Source: Actinomycetota bacterium (GTDB lineage: Bacteria; Actinomycetota; Acidimicrobiia; Acidimicrobiales; Ilumatobacteraceae). Taken from it: DNA of 64,000 nucleotides. The position numbers and the translations under genes were made by a program. Location: positions 21,927 through 85,926 of the forward strand of contig JAPLAA010000061.1 in assembly GCA_026393475.1 (NCBI GenBank), given 5' to 3'. The notes under the pieces were generated by a model. That model made no database searches and was not told the origin of the DNA. It saw only the letters and a list, made by a program, of their open reading frames with translations. Positions 35,178 through 44,384 of this stretch are shown in pieces. Positions within the stretch are counted from its first letter, which is position 1, and every line of letters begins with the position of its first letter.

Positions 35178-35768
35178 GTGCTCGCCGTCGCCGTGGTCCT
35201 CGCCGCCGGGGCGGGTTCGCGGTTCCTCGGCGACCGTCACAAGCTCGTCACCGACGTGACGACCGAACTCGGGACGCGACCGCTCGTCGAGCACGCGATC
35301 GAGCACGCGCTCGCCTCCGGGATCGGCCCGGTCGTGGTCGTCACCGGCGCGGCGCCGCTCGCACTGGCTCACGATCTCGCGGCACGCGTGACCGTCGTGG
35401 CCAACCCGTCGTGGGCCGACGGACAGTCGAGCTCCATCTCCGCCGGCATCGCGATCGCGTCCGACCTCGGCGCCGATCACGTCCTCGTCGGACTGGGCGA
35501 CCAACCCGGCGTCGCTCCCTCGGCGTGGCGAGCGGTGGCCGACGCGCCGCCGGAGTGGCCGATCGTGGTCGCCTCCTATGATGGGCGCCGCGGTCCGCAC
35601 CCGGTACGGCTGCACCGGTCCGTGTGGCCGCTGCTGCCGGTGCCGGGGGATGATGGGGCACGCACCGTGATGCGCGAGCATCCCGAACTCGTGCACGAGG
35701 TCTCGTGCTCGGGGACGGCAGCAGATATCGACACCCTGGAGGATGTGCAGCGATGGAAAAGCTCCTGA
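35178..35768 (+). CDS. MobA/MocA-like nucleotidyltransferase (molybdenum cofactor cytidylyl/guanylyl-transferase family)
   Basis: VVLAAGAGSRF N-terminal motif and NTP_transf_3-like length (196 aa). GTG start. Confidence 0.78.
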   Translation: MLAVAVVLAAGAGSRFLGDRHKLVTDVTTELGTRPLVEHAIEHALASGIGPVVVVTGAAPLALAHDLAARVTVVANPSWADGQSSSISAGIAIASDLGADHVLVGLGDQPGVAPSAWRAVADAPPEWPIVVASYDGRRGPHPVRLHRSVWPLLPVPGDDGARTVMREHPELVHEVSCSGTAADIDTLEDVQRWKSS

Positions 35769-36526
35769 ACGAGTTCGTGATCCACCGGCCGATCGCCGAC
35801 GCATGGGCCGTGCTCACCGACGTGGAGCGCATCGCCCCGTGCATGCCGGGCGCGCAACTGCAGGAGATCGAGGGCGACATCTACCGCGGTGTGGTGAAGG
35901 TGAAGCTCGGCGCGATCTCCACCGCGTTCAAGGGCGAGGCGCACTTCGTCGAGCGCGACGACGCCAACCACAAGGCCGTGCTGCACGGCGAGGGCCGTGA
36001 CACCACCGGCAAGGGCAACGCCGACGCGATGATCACCGCCACGCTGCAGACCATCGACGCCAACCAGACCAAGTGCGTCGTGGAGACCGACCTGCGTGTC
36101 ACCGGCAAGGTGGCCCAGTTCGGTCGCGGCATCATGGGCGACGTCAGCAAGAAGCTGATGGCCCAGTTCGCGACCAACCTCAACACGATGCTCGATGCCA
36201 GCGGCACGACCCCCGAGCCCACCGCTCCGACCCCCGCCCCCACTCCCGCTGCTGCTGCGCCTGCCGACGCCGAACCGGCTGCGTCAGCGCCCGCCGATGC
36301 AGCACCCGCGGCCGCCGATGCGCCTGCGGCGACGCCTGCACCGGAGGCCCCCGCGGCGGCACCGGCCGGCGGCACCGGCGCGGCCACCAAGCGCGTCATC
36401 GACGGTCCGGCCAACGAGCCGATCGAGCTCTCCGGCCTGGCCGGCACCGCGGTGCTGAAGCGCCTCCTCCCGGCGCTCGGCGGCTTCGTGCTGCTCATGC
36501 TGGTGCTGCGCCGGTTCCGCAAGTAG
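35753..36526 (+). CDS. coxG: SRPBCC-fold CoxG-like protein with Ala/Pro-rich linker and C-terminal membrane anchor
   Basis: PIADAWAVLTDVERIAPCMPGAQL...VKVKLGAIS is CoxG-type. The C-terminus LLPALGGFVLLMLVLRRFRK is hydrophobic then basic. Confidence 0.83.
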   Translation: MEKLLNEFVIHRPIADAWAVLTDVERIAPCMPGAQLQEIEGDIYRGVVKVKLGAISTAFKGEAHFVERDDANHKAVLHGEGRDTTGKGNADAMITATLQTIDANQTKCVVETDLRVTGKVAQFGRGIMGDVSKKLMAQFATNLNTMLDASGTTPEPTAPTPAPTPAAAAPADAEPAASAPADAAPAAADAPAATPAPEAPAAAPAGGTGAATKRVIDGPANEPIELSGLAGTAVLKRLLPALGGFVLLMLVLRRFRK

Positions 36527-36568
36527 CCGGCCCTTCCACCCGTCGCACCAGCCAACCGATCCCACGTC

Positions 36569-37111
36569 GTGCCTGCGTCCCCCGACCCGGCGCAGAGCCA
36601 TGTGATCGTCGACGACGGCGCGCCCACCGCAGCCGATCGCGATCGGGTGCGCGCCCTGCTCGGGCGCGAGCCCCAGGCCGGCTACGAGATCGCCGTCCGC
36701 CGCGCCGACGGTGATCCGGTCGTGCTGCGCAACCGCCCCGTGCTCGACGACGGCACCCCGATGCCCACCCGCTACTGGCTCGTCGGCGACCGGGAGACGC
36801 TGGTGGTGAGCCGGCTCGAGTCGATCGGTGGTGTCCGCCGGGCCGAGCACGAGATCCCGCCGGCGGACGTCGCCGACGCACACCGTCGGTACGCGATCGA
36901 GCGTGACGCGCTCGTGCCGTCCGATCACACGGGCCCCCGCCCGTCCGGTGGCGTCGCCGGCACGCGCACCGGGGTCAAGTGCCTGCACGCCCACTACGCC
37001 TGGTACCTCGCGGGCGGCGACGATCCGATCGGCCGTTGGGTCGCGAACGAGCTCGCGGCACCGACCACGAGGGCCGCTGCGGCGACACCGGGCACGGGGG
37101 CGCCGACATGA
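36569..37111 (+). CDS. DUF501 domain protein
   Basis: GGVAGTRTGVKCLHAHYAWYLAGG motif. GTG start. Confidence 0.8.
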   Translation: MPASPDPAQSHVIVDDGAPTAADRDRVRALLGREPQAGYEIAVRRADGDPVVLRNRPVLDDGTPMPTRYWLVGDRETLVVSRLESIGGVRRAEHEIPPADVADAHRRYAIERDALVPSDHTGPRPSGGVAGTRTGVKCLHAHYAWYLAGGDDPIGRWVANELAAPTTRAAAATPGTGAPT

Positions 37112-37566
37112 GCATCCACGTCGAGCTCGGCGACCGCGACCTCGTCGTCGTCGTCGACGACCAGCGGGTGCAGCTGCCCGTCGGCGTGCTCACCCTGTCG
37201 GCCGACCTCACCACCGATCCCCCGCGGCCCGAGGACCTCACGAACGCGATCGGCCTCGTCGCCGACCACCTCGACGACGTCGTCCGCGCCCGGCCCGACC
37301 TGATCGGTGCCGAACTCACGATCAGCGGACCCGAGGTGACGGCGATGGTGGCCATCGAGGTCGGCGGCCCGGCGACGCTCCCGTTCGAGCTCGATCGCGC
37401 TGCCGCCGAGGACGTGTTCCGCACGATCGTCACCGAGGGCCGCGCCGATCGGGCGCACAACCCCGGCCTCGATGTCCTGCTCGTCGACCGGATCGTGGCA
37501 GGCTGCTGCGCCGTGGTGGCTGTGATGCGCAAGCTGCAGGTCGACACCGTGACGGTGCTGCCGTGA
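37108..37566 (+). CDS. half-size Ppx/GppA-like protein (only the second actin-fold subdomain)
   Basis: 152 aa. DPPRPEDL...ISGPEVTAMVAIE...RADRAHNPGLDVLLVDRIVAGCCAVVAVM resembles the C-terminal half of the Ppx-GppA domain. ATGA and GTGA overlaps with both neighbours. Confidence 0.6.
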   Translation: MSIHVELGDRDLVVVVDDQRVQLPVGVLTLSADLTTDPPRPEDLTNAIGLVADHLDDVVRARPDLIGAELTISGPEVTAMVAIEVGGPATLPFELDRAAAEDVFRTIVTEGRADRAHNPGLDVLLVDRIVAGCCAVVAVMRKLQVDTVTVLP

Positions 37567-38201
37567 CCGGCTCGGGCGCGTTCGGGCATCCGTCGATGCC
37601 GGCCGTGAGCGGCCTGCGGTTGTACGGCAAGCGCGTGATGATGCGCCCGCTCATGCCGTCTGACTTCCCCGTGTGGTCCGAGGTGAGGGTGCGGAACGAA
37701 CAGTGGCTGGTGCCGTGGGAACCGCTGCGCTCGACGCGAGTGGCCGACCCCACCCGCTCGCGCGATGCGTTCAGTTCACGCTGTGCGGCACGCGACCGTG
37801 AACGCCAGGCCGGCACCGCCTACGGATTCGCGCTGTTCGTCGACAACGTGTTCGCCGGCGAGGTGAACCTCAACAACATCGTGCGCGGCGCGCTGCAATC
37901 GGGCACGGTCGGCTACTGGATCGACCGCGATCGAGCGGGGCACGGCTACGTGGCCGAAGGCGTCGCGATCCTCGCCCGCTTCGCGTTCGAGGAGCTGCAC
38001 CTGCACCGACTGGAGATCTGCATCGTCCCGCGGAACAGCAACAGTCGCCGGGTGATGGAGAAGTTGCAGATCCGCGAGGAAGGCGTCGCGCTGCGGTACC
38101 TCGAGATCAACGGCACGTGGGAGGACCACATGCGCTTCGGCATCACCGCCGAGGAGTGGGTGAAGCGACGAGCAGAACTGACCGACGCCTGGATCTCCTG
38201 A
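37563..38201 (+). CDS. GNAT N-acetyltransferase, RimJ/RimL-like
   Basis: LRPLMPSDF...GYWIDRDRAGHGYVAEGV...LHRLEICIVPRNSNSRRVMEKL. Confidence 0.85.
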   Translation: MTGSGAFGHPSMPAVSGLRLYGKRVMMRPLMPSDFPVWSEVRVRNEQWLVPWEPLRSTRVADPTRSRDAFSSRCAARDRERQAGTAYGFALFVDNVFAGEVNLNNIVRGALQSGTVGYWIDRDRAGHGYVAEGVAILARFAFEELHLHRLEICIVPRNSNSRRVMEKLQIREEGVALRYLEINGTWEDHMRFGITAEEWVKRRAELTDAWIS

Positions 38202-38268
38202 TCGGGAGATCCGGCATCGGGCAGATCCAGCAGATCGAGCGGATCGAGCCGTTCGTGTGAGCGAACGC

Positions 38269-38583
38269 CTACTCGCCGGCGAGGCGGAACGCCTGCGCCT
38301 TGGCCCGGCGGACCGTGGTGCGGCGCTTCCACATCTTCATCTTCCAGTGGCGCTGGCCACCGGCACGACCGGCCTGGGCCTTGGCCCGCTCGGCGTCGTG
38401 GTGGTGACCGGGCACCCACGCCCGACCCGGCTCGTGGACGTCCTCGGGTTCGTACCCGGAACTGACCTGGGTGGCCAGGGCGTGCAGCTCGCTGTTGATG
38501 CGATGCCGCTCGTTGTGGGCATGTGCCCGCAGATCCATCTTCGGTGGCGGTGCCACGTCCTGGCTGCGATGGCGCTGGCTCAT
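38269..38583 (-). CDS. small basic hypothetical protein (104 aa)
   Basis: ATG preceded by GGAGGT 5 nt upstream. His-rich centre and Lys/Arg-rich C-terminus (HWKMKMWKRRTTVRRAKAQAF). No family recognised. Confidence 0.5.
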   Translation of the reverse strand: MSQRHRSQDVAPPPKMDLRAHAHNERHRINSELHALATQVSSGYEPEDVHEPGRAWVPGHHHDAERAKAQAGRAGGQRHWKMKMWKRRTTVRRAKAQAFRLAGE

Positions 38584-38761
38584 CAGTACCTCCGTTGTAT
38601 CTCGGAATGTACGGGTGGAAGAGCTTCCCGTGAGTCGAGAGTAGACCTCGCTGCGCGATCTGGAAAGGCTTCGCTCGTAACAGTTCTGCGCGCTTTGCGC
38701 GCACGCAGCGTGAGCGTCTTGCCGGCCCTGTGACGCCAGCGCGGACGCGCGGACGCGCGGG

Positions 38762-39550
38762 CTACTTCGAGGAGATCTTCTGCTGGAGCGCGGCGAGACG
38801 CTCCGCGAACCACGGCTGGCGGGTGCTCCACACCTGCGGGTCGAGCTCGCGCTTGACGGCCGCCGGGTGGGTCTCGACGTCGGCCATCGCCTGGATCGTC
38901 TTCTTCACCTCGATCACCAGTTCGCGCGGCGCGAGCGCAGCACGAGCCGCCATCGCCCCGGCTGCGGCCAGCAACTGGTCGTCATCGACGCAGCGGTGCA
39001 CCAGGCCGACACGCTCGGCCTCCGCGCCGTCCATCACCTCGCCGAACACCACGCCGGCGAAGGTCGCCTGCGGGCCGACGATGCGCCGCAACATCCACGT
39101 GTGACCGCCGCCCGGGTGGATGCCGATCTGCAGGAAGCGTGTGTCGAACTTGGCGCGGCGTGCCGCGATGCGGAGGTCGCAGCCGAGCGCGAGGTTCATC
39201 CCCGCACCGACCGCCGCCCCGTTGACGGCGGCGATCGTCGGCAGCTCGCTGCGAGCGATGCGCAGGAACCCCTCGTAGATCGAACCGAGGCTCTCCTCGG
39301 TCGCCTCGGCGAGGTTGCCGAGGTTGGCTCCCGCGCAGAACGCCGGGGCGGCACCGGTGACGACGATGGCGCCGACGCGGTGGTCGGCCTCGATCGCGTC
39401 CATCGCCGCGACGATCTCGGCGACGAGCGGCGCGGTGAGGGTGTTGCGCTCACCCGGGTTGTTGAGCGTGAGGACCGCGTAGGCGCTCCCCTGGGCGTCG
39501 GCGGGAGCGGCGGGGTCGGCCGGGATGATGTCGGTGAGCACGAGGGACAT
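38762..39550 (-). CDS. enoyl-CoA hydratase/isomerase (crotonase) family protein
   Basis: LNNPGERNTL, FCAGANL and AAVNGAAVGAGMNLALGCD. Confidence 0.9.
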   Translation of the reverse strand: MSLVLTDIIPADPAAPADAQGSAYAVLTLNNPGERNTLTAPLVAEIVAAMDAIEADHRVGAIVVTGAAPAFCAGANLGNLAEATEESLGSIYEGFLRIARSELPTIAAVNGAAVGAGMNLALGCDLRIAARRAKFDTRFLQIGIHPGGGHTWMLRRIVGPQATFAGVVFGEVMDGAEAERVGLVHRCVDDDQLLAAAGAMAARAALAPRELVIEVKKTIQAMADVETHPAAVKRELDPQVWSTRQPWFAERLAALQQKISSK

Positions 39551-39654
39551 GGCGCCGATTGTGGCACGGCGACCACCGGCCGCCCGCCCTCGATGCCCGG
39601 TGACCGCTGCTGCCGGTGAGGGTTCGGCTCCCGACTCGCTAGCGTCGGACCCGC

Positions 39655-40317
39655 ATGCTCGACCACGTCTTCACCGATGCCATCGGCGCGCTGCGCGACG
39701 CCTTCGAGGCCGCCTTCCTCGAGCGCCAGGCGTTCGACGAGCACTTCCAGGTCGACGTGCTGCTCGGCGACCTCAGCTGGGAGACCAGCTACGGCCTGCC
39801 CGGCGAGGGCCAACCGCCGCGGGTGGTCGCCCACGTGAACTTCGACTGGCCGACGTGGAGCCAGACCTCGTACCGACGCTGGTACGTCGACGAGGTGCTC
39901 GACCAACTCCCGGCGATCGAGATGGAGATCGTGTTCCGCGTGCAGCGACTCCGCCACCAGCCCGATCGCTCGATCGTCGATCCAGTGGCGGTGGAGACGA
40001 GCCCGCTCATCGGCGACGGTCGCCTCGAGCGCGCCGGCACGACGATCGAGATCGCCTACCTCGACCCGATCGACCCGATCGACTCCATCGACTCCATCGG
40101 CAGGGGCGGCGCGGACGACACCGGCCCCGAAGCCGAGTACGCCATCGAGGTCACCTACGAAGGTCTCTACGAGCTCGCCGAGCAGACGCTGGCCGACGGG
40201 TCGAGCACCCTGCTCGACGAGCACTTCGGCGCCCTCGGCGGGTGGATCTCGGCGACGCTGGTGAAACTCGGCGACCTGAAGCTCGAGTTCCTGCCCGCCG
40301 ACGACGGCGAGGCCTGA
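39655..40317 (+). CDS. acidic hypothetical protein (220 aa)
   Basis: Clean ATG ORF with GC3-rich codon usage. Contains an in-frame 9-bp repeat (PIDPIDSIDSI). No family recognised. Confidence 0.55.
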   Translation: MLDHVFTDAIGALRDAFEAAFLERQAFDEHFQVDVLLGDLSWETSYGLPGEGQPPRVVAHVNFDWPTWSQTSYRRWYVDEVLDQLPAIEMEIVFRVQRLRHQPDRSIVDPVAVETSPLIGDGRLERAGTTIEIAYLDPIDPIDSIDSIGRGGADDTGPEAEYAIEVTYEGLYELAEQTLADGSSTLLDEHFGALGGWISATLVKLGDLKLEFLPADDGEA

Positions 40318-40356
40318 CTCGCCCGACAGCGCGGGCCGACTGTCAGAATCGGCCAC

Positions 40357-41154
40357 ATGTCGAACACCCCTGCCGGCGACGCCGTCGTCCTCCTCGACGT
40401 GAGCGATCGCATCGCCACGATCACGCTCAACCGCCCGGCTTCGCGCAACGCGCTGTCGAGCGAGGTGCTGCGTCTGCTCCCGCAGGTGATGCAGGAGGCC
40501 GACCGGCGCGACGACGTCGACGTGGTGATCCTCACCGGCGCCGACCCGGCGTTCTGCGCGGGCCTCGACCTGAAGGAGCTCGGTTCGACCGCTGGCAACC
40601 TGGGCGGCACCGGCGCCGACGGCTCGCCCAACGCCTCGGGCGTGCGCGGCCCCTTCCCGGCGATGGCCAAGCCGTTGATCGGCGCGATCAACGGCGTCGC
40701 GATCACGGGCGGCTTCGAACTGGCACTCAACTGCGACTTCCTCGTGGCCTCCGAGCACGCGAAGTTCGGCGACACCCACAGTCGCGTCGGTGTGATGCCG
40801 GGCTGGGGGCTCACCGTCCTGCTGCCCCAGGCCATCGGCGTGCGCCGCGCACGCGAGATGAGCTTCACCGGCAACTTCATGCTCGCCGACGAAGCGCTGC
40901 AGTGGGGGCTCGTGAACCATGTCGTGCCCCACGACGAGCTGATGCCGTTCACCCGCAAGCTGGCCACCGACATCATCGGCAACGAGCAGGCCGGCGTGCG
41001 CCAGATCCGCAGCACCTACGGCGAGATCACCGCCGAGCGCCCGGGTTGGGAGATCGAGTCGCGCGACGGCAGGGCGTGGCGCACCGCGATGTTCGATCCG
41101 GAACAGGTGGCGGCTCGTCGCGCCGCGATCCAGGCGCGAGGCCGGCAGCAGTGA
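40357..41154 (+). CDS. enoyl-CoA hydratase/isomerase (crotonase) family protein
   Basis: LNRPASRNAL, FCAGLDL and GAINGVAITGGFELALNCD. Confidence 0.9.
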   Translation: MSNTPAGDAVVLLDVSDRIATITLNRPASRNALSSEVLRLLPQVMQEADRRDDVDVVILTGADPAFCAGLDLKELGSTAGNLGGTGADGSPNASGVRGPFPAMAKPLIGAINGVAITGGFELALNCDFLVASEHAKFGDTHSRVGVMPGWGLTVLLPQAIGVRRAREMSFTGNFMLADEALQWGLVNHVVPHDELMPFTRKLATDIIGNEQAGVRQIRSTYGEITAERPGWEIESRDGRAWRTAMFDPEQVAARRAAIQARGRQQ

Positions 41155-41193
41155 TGGCCTCGGCCTGAGCGGCGGCGCCCGCCGGCGCTGCGG

Positions 41194-41868
41194 TCAGCGG
41201 TTCGCCGGACGACGGCGACCCAGCGACACCAGCGTGACACCGGCACCGATGACGACGGCACCGATCAGCGACTGCCGCCACTCGTCGGCACCCGTCGCGG
41301 GCAGTGTCGGCGCCGCGGTCCCGGCGGCGCTCGCGCCACCGGTCGAGGTGCCCGCTGCCGGGCCGGCGCTCGTCGTCGAGACAGCGGTCGGAGCGGTCGG
41401 AGCGGCCGTCGTGGAGACGGCGGTCGTGGCGACGCCGGAGGGAGCGGCCGTCGCACTGGCGACCACGGCGCAACGGCGCACGACGACGGTGACGCCGACG
41501 ACGCGACGAGACGACGGCGAGGTGCTGCTCACCACCAGTTGGCCGCCGGCGATCGCTGCACCGGCGGCGGCGCGCATGCCACCGACGTGCACGTCGAGCA
41601 GGTGTGCCCCGCCGGCATCGTCCAGACCGTCGGCCGACACGCCCACGACGGTGAGCGTCGCACCGTCGACCGTGGGCACCTCGACGCCCGTGGCGTAGGA
41701 CGGTGCGGCAGCGTCGAGGACGACGTCGCCACCCCAGCGGTACGTGACGTCCTCACACGACTCGGCCTCGACCCTCGCATCGCCCGCACTCCCCGAAGCA
41801 CCCGCGACACCCGCCGGCGCTGCGGCCAGGCCGCCGAAGCACAGCAGCGCGAGTGCGGAGATGGTCAT
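41194..41868 (-). CDS. secreted surface protein with LPATG sortase signal
   Basis: Signal peptide MTISALALLCFGGLAAAPA. Ala/Thr/Ser-rich stalk. TLPATGADE, then a TM helix, then GRRRP. Confidence 0.7.
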   Translation of the reverse strand: MTISALALLCFGGLAAAPAGVAGASGSAGDARVEAESCEDVTYRWGGDVVLDAAAPSYATGVEVPTVDGATLTVVGVSADGLDDAGGAHLLDVHVGGMRAAAGAAIAGGQLVVSSTSPSSRRVVGVTVVVRRCAVVASATAAPSGVATTAVSTTAAPTAPTAVSTTSAGPAAGTSTGGASAAGTAAPTLPATGADEWRQSLIGAVVIGAGVTLVSLGRRRPANR

Positions 41869-42018
41869 CGCCCGCTTCCGACTCGAGGAGTCCTCCGCAT
41901 GATCTCTCCGCACCCGCACTGCCATCGGAGGAGCGTAAACGCACCACCCGGCGTGGTGCTGGCGCGCGCTGCGAGATGGGTCGGACGGCCCACCGGCCGC
42001 CCCGACGGTGAGGACGGG

Positions 42019-43059
42019 TCAGATCGCTGCGCCGCGGGCACGGAGATCGGCGGTGACGACCTCTGCGATGTCGAGGGCAAGGATCTCGGCGCCGACGACG
42101 TTGAGGTGGAACCCGTCCTCGGCACGCACGTCCTTGGCCTGGTTGTCGCGGGGATCGATGACGAACTCGGCCCAGCCGCCCTCGCGCCCGGAGAAGCGGT
42201 TCCACGTGTCGACGAACTTCACCTGCGGCCGCTTCGCCGCCTCGGCCCGCACGACCTCGTCCTGCACCTGGAGTCTCAAGGTCACGTCAGGGTTGTCGTC
42301 GTTGGGGATGCCCACCCACACCAGGGTGCGACCCTCCGACGACAGGTAGTCCATGACCTCGCCGACGCGGCGGCCGTACTCGGCCCGCCACTCCTCGTCG
42401 CCGTCACCGGTGGGTTCACCGATGATGAAGTTGGGCGACCCGTCGGCCTTGACCCCGTCGGTGAGCCCCTGTGGGTCGTTGCCGCCGAAGGTCACCACGA
42501 CGATGTCGGGCGCCACCTGCGGCACGATCTCGCGGAAGTGGCTCGGCCAGTCGAAGAAGTCGGGACGGGCGAGGCCGGAGGACACCTTGTAGTCGAGTTG
42601 GGTGCGGGCCACGCCGGTCTCGTTCATCAGGGTCTCGAGGTACGGCCCGAACGTGCCCGCGTCCGAGTCGCCGGCGATGAGCACCACGGCGGGGTCCTCC
42701 GCCGTCGGCACCGCGGACGGCGCCTGGGTCGGTGCGGTCGTCGTGTCGGGCGCCGCGGTCGCAAGGACCGAACCGCCCGAGCCCGGGACCGTGGCGGCGG
42801 GATCGACCGTGCCGGTGGGATCGACCGTGCCGGTGGGATCGGGGCTGGCCGCCCCCTCGACGCCGGACGTCGTCGTGGCGCTCGCCTCGGCGTCGGCCCC
42901 GCCGCCGCCGAGCAGTGCGTCGGCACCTCGCACGACGCCGATCGCGACGACGGCGAGCACGACGAGTGCACCGATGCGGCGCACCATGTATCGGCGGTGG
43001 CTGATACGCCGGCGCGGCGGTGCGGGACGTGAAGGAGCGGCCATGGCGGATCGGCCCAC
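42019..43059 (-). CDS. membrane-anchored SGNH/GDSL-family hydrolase (DUF459-like)
   Basis: N-terminal TM helix and Pro/Thr linker. IAGDSDAG (block I), TFGGNDPQG (block III) and EDGFHLN (block V). Confidence 0.75.
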   Translation of the reverse strand: MGRSAMAAPSRPAPPRRRISHRRYMVRRIGALVVLAVVAIGVVRGADALLGGGGADAEASATTTSGVEGAASPDPTGTVDPTGTVDPAATVPGSGGSVLATAAPDTTTAPTQAPSAVPTAEDPAVVLIAGDSDAGTFGPYLETLMNETGVARTQLDYKVSSGLARPDFFDWPSHFREIVPQVAPDIVVVTFGGNDPQGLTDGVKADGSPNFIIGEPTGDGDEEWRAEYGRRVGEVMDYLSSEGRTLVWVGIPNDDNPDVTLRLQVQDEVVRAEAAKRPQVKFVDTWNRFSGREGGWAEFVIDPRDNQAKDVRAEDGFHLNVVGAEILALDIAEVVTADLRARGAAI

Positions 43060-43083
43060 ATGCTAGGACCGCGACGGCCTCCG

Positions 43084-44178
43084 TCAGCGGCTTGCTGCGC
43101 CGGTCGACCCGCGCACGACGAGCGCCACCGGCAACACGCGCGCCGCGAGCGCTGGTCGGCCGCCGTCGGGCGCACCCCTCGTCGACGCAGTCGAATCGGC
43201 GTCGACGCCTCGTGCGATGAGTTCGGCGAGCATCCGCCCGGCCTCGCGTCCGAGCTGGTCGGCGGGGAACGCCACGGTGGTGAGCGGCGGCGACACGTAC
43301 GCGGACAGCGGCTGGTCGTCGAACCCGGCGACGGACATGTCCGACGGCACCGCGATCCCCCGCTCGGCGCAGGCACGGAGGAAGCCGTATGCGTGGAGGT
43401 CGGTGGCGCAGACCACGGCGGTCACGCCCGCGGCGACGAGCGCCGGCATCGACGCCAACGCGGCGGCGTGCGCGGCGCCGGCATCGACATCGCTCACCAG
43501 ACGGTCGACGTCGACGAGCGATGCGCCGCCGCTCGCGAGATGCGTGGCGAGTGCCGCGTGGCGCACCCGGAACGTCTCGGTCTCGGGCGTCGCACGGAGG
43601 AACGCCACCCGCTGATGGCCGAGCCCGACGAGGTGCCGGGCCAGCTGCGCAGCGCCGTCGGCGACGTCGAGGTCGACCCTCGGCCGGCCTGCCACGCTCC
43701 CCGGCGCGTCGAGCACCACCGTCGGCAGGTCGCGGGCGAGCACCTGGAGCAGTTCCGGCGACGGCGCCGCCACCAGCGCACCGGCGAGCCGCAGCCCGCG
43801 CAGGCGCTCGAGCGTCGCCATCGGATCGTCGCCCACCTCGGGCACCGAGAACACCACCTGGAACGCCCCGCCGAGCGCCGCCGCGGCGCCGAGCGACACG
43901 CGCGCGTAGAACGGGTTGGTGAAGGCCGGGGTGACCACGGCCACCGCGGCGGCACCACCGGTCGCGAGGCGGCGCGCCGATTCGTCGACGACGTAGCCGA
44001 GCCGGTCGACCTCGGCCCGCACGCGGGCGACGGTCTCGACCGCGACGCGACCCTCCCACTTGTCGTTCACCACGAGCGACACCGTGGAGATCGACACCCC
44101 GGCTGCCGACGCCACGTCGGCGGCGCGGACGCGGGCTCGCCCGGCGCCCGGTTCGCGTTCGCTGGTGGCCGACGTCAC
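43084..44178 (-). CDS. LacI family transcriptional regulator
   Basis: HTH ADVASAAGVSISTVSLVVN followed by a periplasmic-binding-protein-like core. GTG start. Confidence 0.9.
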   Translation of the reverse strand: MTSATSEREPGAGRARVRAADVASAAGVSISTVSLVVNDKWEGRVAVETVARVRAEVDRLGYVVDESARRLATGGAAAVAVVTPAFTNPFYARVSLGAAAALGGAFQVVFSVPEVGDDPMATLERLRGLRLAGALVAAPSPELLQVLARDLPTVVLDAPGSVAGRPRVDLDVADGAAQLARHLVGLGHQRVAFLRATPETETFRVRHAALATHLASGGASLVDVDRLVSDVDAGAAHAAALASMPALVAAGVTAVVCATDLHAYGFLRACAERGIAVPSDMSVAGFDDQPLSAYVSPPLTTVAFPADQLGREAGRMLAELIARGVDADSTASTRGAPDGGRPALAARVLPVALVVRGSTGAASR

Positions 44179-44239
44179 GCGCCCACCCTAGAGACTCCGG
44201 GCGTCCGATCGCCCCACGTGGAATCCCAGGTGAACAGCT

Positions 44240-44257
44240 GCGTCAAGCGCTTGACGC
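44240..44257. promoter_or_regulatory. perfect 18-bp palindrome GCGTCAAGC|GCTTGACGC, candidate LacI-family operator
   Basis: CG-centred palindrome of the LacI/PurR operator type, in the 207-bp divergent region between the LacI gene and the BMP lipoprotein gene. Confidence 0.5.
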
Positions 44258-44384
44258 CGCACGGCCCCGAGCGCCATGCTTCACACGGCCGTCACGGAGC
44301 GCGTCCCTGGTGGGACGGCACTGCGAAGTAGGCTGTGGAGCGGATCTTCCGATCCACCCAAACAACTCCAAGGGGGAGAACCAC

